Assembly: GCA_010909165.1 (NCBI GenBank)
Contig: VJWM01000193.1
Span: 186,001-250,000, forward strand
DNA: 64,000 bases
DNA from: Anthoceros angustus
Lineage: Eukaryota; Plantae; Anthocerotophyta
Direction: 5' to 3'
Made by a program: the position numbers and the translations under genes. The notes under the pieces were generated by a model, which was given only the letters and a program-made list of their open reading frames with translations, was not told where the DNA came from and searched no databases. Shown here piece by piece: positions 59,300-64,000 of this stretch. Each line of letters begins with the position of its first letter. Position 1 is the stretch's first letter.

Positions 59300-62270
59300 T
59301 GTTTTTTTTGTAGGTACGGAGTGCAAAATAAGGCGGAAAGGAAGAAATAAGTCCGGACTACTCCGGTCTGTACTCCGGAGTAAGGACTCCGGAGTAGGTG
59401 GAAGGACTCCGGAGCACACTCCGGAGAAACTCCGAACCACACAACGGAGTATCGGGATAAGTCCGGACCACACTCCGGGGCGGGACGAGATAAGTACGCC
59501 AAGTAAAGTAACTTAGAAGTTGGAGCGTGATTTAGACAGACGAAGCCACGTGGACGGTGCTGAGTGGTAGACGGGCATGCAGCAGACCAGGACCGCAGGG
59601 TTGCCAATGGCCGTTATAGGCAGGTATTCACGCCCCGAGGACAGACAGGCGGTTAGAGCACGCTGCGCGTAAGGCCGAGTAAGCGGAAGGCGTGGCGGGG
59701 AGCAGCCATGCACTGGCGCACGGCGAGCCGCCCTCTCCTCGACGGAGGGAGTGGCGGGGAGCTCATTCTTCCCAAGAATTTTGCGCTACCGGCCTCAAGG
59801 CTCGACACCCGGCCTCCGCGTGTTCTCTTGAGCCAAGGCACCCTTACGCGGCTCGACTTATGGAGGAGCGGCGCAATGGGGCGAGGAGCGGGAATTTTGG
59901 AGTCTCAAGCCCCAACGGCAAAGCAAGAGGAGCACGGCGACGATGGGACCCAAGAAAGCGGTGGAGGTGTGGGAGCCATGGCGCCTGGAGGAGCGCAACA
60001 TTGTCACGAAGCGCTACCCTGACTTCGGTCCATGGCTCGAGGAGGCGGAGGAGCTGGTGGCGGAATGGCACCTGGATATTTTCCAGGCTGTCTGGACCTA
60101 CGACAGCGTAACCTTAGTCCGGGAGTACGCCCGGAAAATGCTGGCTGCAGCCAAGAAGGAGGTCCGCTCCAAGAATTTGCGGGAGGACCCCAGGAGGTGG
60201 ACCGTGGAGGTCCCGAGGCGAAGCCACCTCCGAGTCCCAGGAGGAGGGCGAGTGCCGAGCCCCTAAAGGTAAAGGGGAAGGTAGAAGCGGCCAGGGCGGC
60301 TCTCTTACGGCCAGGAACGCAGCAATCCTCTAACGGATGGTTGATGTTGGACCTCCTGGACAAGAGGGTAAGGTCAATGGCGAAAATCATCGTCCACTGG
60401 AACATGCTGACCAAGGTGGACCACCTTGGAGACAATCTGCTGGTGTTCCTCCACGACCTCCAGAAAGGGAAACGCTACCGATCAAGGCGTAATAATCTCG
60501 CCGGATTAACTGTGAGGCTCGCAAGCTGAGGAGCGAGAAGCCACCTCCATCGGCGTTATCGCCGTTCTTGATCCATGTGTGGGGGCACGCAAACCTCCTG
60601 AAGGAGGGCGAGGAGGAACGAGCACTCCGGAAAGGGCTCGCCGCCCTACCAGAGGCAGAAGGGAGAGTGCAGGAGGCGGAGGCCCGCCCAGTCCGGAGTA
60701 AGAGGGTCCGGGAGGAGGACGACTGGGAGGGGATTCCGGACTCCATACGTCTGGAACGGACCCCCTCGCCACCTAGGGAAGTGTGGGAGGACATCCCCGC
60801 TTCACTCCTCTTGGTGCCCCCACCGGAGCAGCCGACGCAGGAAGAGGCGGCCACAGGACGGGGGTTGGCGGTTGCAGCTCCGGCAGGCCAGCAGCCAACA
60901 ACGACGCCAGCTGCTGAGCCCCGCCGGACTCGACGGGAACCAAAGAGGCGTAGGATAGCGCCTACCAACGCAGCGCCCAGGACCGCACCTGTGCCCTTGC
61001 CCCTACCAACGGAGTGGCAGGAGGCAGAGGAAGGCGTGAGGCGGAAAGAGACGCGCCTGTGGAGCGGGTGGACACGGCGGCCCCACCCGTCCCTGCCCCG
61101 ACCGGGAGAGGCAAGAGGGCCAGCTCCCGGACTCCTTCTCCACCTCCGAGTCCCAGGAGGAGAAGGGCGGAGAAGGAGTTAGCGGCCAAGAGGGCCAAGG
61201 AAGGCGAGGCTCCGGACCACAGCACTCACGACCTGAGGGTCCTGATTAGGTCCGGAGAGCCCAGTTCGGCTCCGGACTGCAGTATGGCGGTCCTTGACGG
61301 ACCAGGAGATGCCCGCGCCCACGGACTTCCCGGCATCTCAACAAGTGAAGGCGGCGGAGTTTTAGCTACCGTCATGGACGGTATGCTTTGGGGTCTCTGC
61401 GGAACAGCGGAGAAGACCCAAGAAGTGGAGGCCACCCGGCGGAGGATGGTGGAACTTCAAGGGCAGGTAGAGGCGGCCCAGGAGGCGAAGAAGAAGGCGG
61501 AGTCCCTCGCCCGAATCGAGGAGGGAAAACGCCGGAGGCGGAGCGAGAGGTCCGGACGGTTCAGCAAGACCGGACCAAGGTCCTTCAGCTGTGCGAACAG
61601 CTGAAGCGTGCGCAGGAGGCCCAAGCACGGGCTGAAGACCTCTGCAAACGGAGGGAGGAAGCGCAGAAGGAGGCGGAGGAGGGCCGTAGGCAGGCGGAGA
61701 ACGCCCGCGACCTGGCCGAGGCGGCTCGGCTGGACCAACACCAAGCCGGTGAGGCTCAGGTGAAGGCGGCGCGGGAGGCGGAAGCCGCGGCTAAGGCCGA
61801 CCGGGATCACTATCGACGTGATCGAAACCGGTGGAGGGAGACGGCGGGGGTAGCCACGGCTAACCTGAAGGCCGAACAGGTGGCGGCGGAGCAAGCACGG
61901 GTGAGCCGTGAGGGAGAAATGGAGGCCAGCACTCGGGAGATAGGGGATCTCCGGGTACAGCTGCAGGAAGCAGAGGAGCGGCGACAAGAGCTAGAGGACA
62001 GCAAGGACACCCTGGAGCTGCAACTCCAAGACGCGTCGGAGCAACACGGGATTCTCAAAGAGAGAATCAAGGACTTCGAGCAGGAGATTGAGCGCCTACA
62101 GTCTTGCTGCAGGGCGGATGGGAGCCTACGACGGGCCAAGGAGTTGGCCGTCGTCGAATTGGAGAGAGGGGGCTGAGTCGGGAGGTGACCACTGGAGAGA
62201 GAGATGGCGGAGCTCCAGGCCCGGAATGCCAGTTGTGAGGAAGCCGCGGTGATCATTTTCAGCAAATGGT
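59300..62270 (+). mobile_element. Repeat-family element, copy 2 (TGTAGG-starting, TCCGGA-rich leader, then WEPW/coiled-coil ORF), decayed
   Basis: MGPKKAVEVWEPWRLEERNIVTKRYPDFGPWLEEAEELVAEWHLD (ATG 59943) is homologous to 5907 onward; coiled coil at 61388-62176. Confidence 0.75.
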
Positions 62271-62412
62271 TGTACCACGTGCGCTTCAGGTTGTTGTTGC
62301 CTTGGAGGAAGTGTGAATGTCAGATCAAGCTCTTGTGGAAACAACACTTCAACAATTGTGTTGAATGATTCTTTAAGCCTTGCAGTTTATAGCGGTAGAG
62401 TCCAATGTCTGT

Positions 62413-64000
62413 CACTACTAGGGAGAGGGGTGTTTTACAAAACCCCTTTTGCAAATCCCCCAATCTTTACAACGTCTAGACACCTCCGTTGTAAATTGGT
62501 TTAAGTTTCGCTGATGTGGCAAGTTTTAAGACTCGGTTTACAACGGAGGTTTCTAGTTGGATTATGTGGCACTCTTTTGGGTGCTCATTTACAACAACGG
62601 ATTGATGACGTGGTTCTACGTTGTAGATTACGCTTGTAAAAGCATTTTTCTCAAAATTTGATCTTTATTTTTCTAAAAATATTTATTTACATCATTAATC
62701 ACAAAAATATTATTGGAAGCCATTTACAACAGCATGCGATGACGTGGCTCCCTTGTTGTAGATTACGTTGTAAAAGCCTTTTTCTCAAAATTTGTTCTTT
62801 ATTTCTTCAAAACTCTTTGTTATTATTATTAATCACAAAAATATGATTGGAGGCCATTTACAACAGCGGTTGATGATGTGGCTTCCTTCTTGTAGATTAC
62901 GTTGTAAAACATTTTTCTCAAAATGTGTTCTTTATTTTTTTTAACTCTTTATTATTATTATTATTAATCACAAAAATATGATTGGAGGCCATTTACAACA
63001 GCGATTGATGACATGGCTCCCTTGTTGTAGATTACGTTATAAAGTAATTTTTTCAAAATGTGTTCTTTATTTTTTTTAAACTCTTTATTATTATTATTAA
63101 TCACAAAAAATATGATAGGAGGCCATTTACAATGATTGATGACGTGATTCCTTGTTGTAGATTACGTTGTAAAAGCATTTTCTTCAAAATTTGAGGCGGA
63201 GGGCTATTTTAAATTTGATTGGGGTTATTTTGTGGGGGCATGATGAGCAGCGTCCATTCAAAATGCGAGGCGTGCCACTCGGCAGCTCGCACTCCATTAA
63301 TCCCAGCCCTTACACACAGTCTGGCATGGAGAGGGAAAAAGTTGAGAGGGGGGCCGCTAGTGCTCTAATACTAGTATGTCACGCTCTTTAGCATTTTCTT
63401 TAGTGTTCTTATTGTGAGTAGGTACCACCTCTATGCCCACAAGCAAGTGCGCACTGCCCCGATGGTACATGTTCGTACATGCTTACCTTTCGCAGGCCAT
63501 TGTATGGCTAGCCATCGACGGACGCCATAGTTAATTGGGTGCCATTGTTGGGCGTTGGGCACCATTGTCAGGCGTTAACTGGGCGCCATTGTTAGGTGTT
63601 AATTGGGCGCCATTGTTGGGCGTTAATTGAGTGCAATTGTTAGGCGTTAATAGGGCGCCATTGTTGGGCGTTAATAGGGCGCCATTGTTGGGCGTTAATA
63701 GGGCGCCATTGTTGGACGTTAATTGGGCGCCATTGTTGGGCGTTAGTTGGGCACCATTGTTGGGTGTTGGGCGCCATTGTTAGGCTTTAATTGGGCGCCA
63801 TAGTTGGATGTTAGGCGCCATTGTTGGGCGTTAATTGGGCGCCATTGTTGGGTGTTGGGCGCCATTGTTGGGTGTTGGGCGCCATTGTTGGGCATTAATT
63901 GGGCGCCATAGTTGGGCGTTGGGCGCCATTATTATTGGGCGTTATTTGGGCACCATTGTATGGCCAACTATTGTCGGGCATTGGGCGCCATTGTTGGCGC
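62413..64000 (+). mobile_element. CACTA element terminus with subterminal repeats (runs out of the window)
   Basis: CACTACTAGGGAG at 62413, followed by many TTTACAAC/GTTGTA(A/G) motifs in both orientations and ~135-bp units starting at 62586, 62721, 62855, 62990 and 63124. Confidence 0.85.
63535..64000. repeat. GC-rich minisatellite (GGGCGCCATTGTT core, ~18-22-bp units)
   Basis: About 20 imperfect tandem units of GGGCGCCATTGTTGGGCGTTAATT and shorter variants. Confidence 0.9.

Overview
Eukaryotic nuclear DNA from a non-seed land plant. A hornwort is the most likely source, inferred from a GRP-ending DYW:KP PPR gene and short GT-AG introns of about 80-180 nt. The window is dominated by nested, decayed transposons around a small gene island at 35-48 kb: SF1/BBP, a DUF3755 gene, a partial PELP1/RIX1-like gene and mitochondrial ATP synthase subunit f. 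A PLS-DYW:KP RNA-editing PPR gene lies at 16.8-20.0 kb. The most striking element is a Ty3/Gypsy pol (0.9-5.8 kb, minus strand) with a cytosine-5 DNA methyltransferase domain between protease and RT and a PHD finger after the integrase; recognisable motifs I, IV, V, VI, VIII, IX and X are spread over frameshifts. Also notable: an OSB-type PDF motif fused to the PPR N-terminus; a 9.4-kb two-transposase Mutator-like unit with 15-bp terminal inverted repeats and a 9-bp TSD; TSD-flanked copies of a CRE-like restriction-endonuclease LINE; an unassigned ORF family present twice next to LTR-like DNA; and a microhomology mosaic at 13.5 kb. Many scattered 1-2 nt indels and near-tandem duplications suggest imperfect polishing or assembly, so frameshifts should not automatically be read as pseudogenisation. 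All family assignments come from manual motif recognition; no database search was run.
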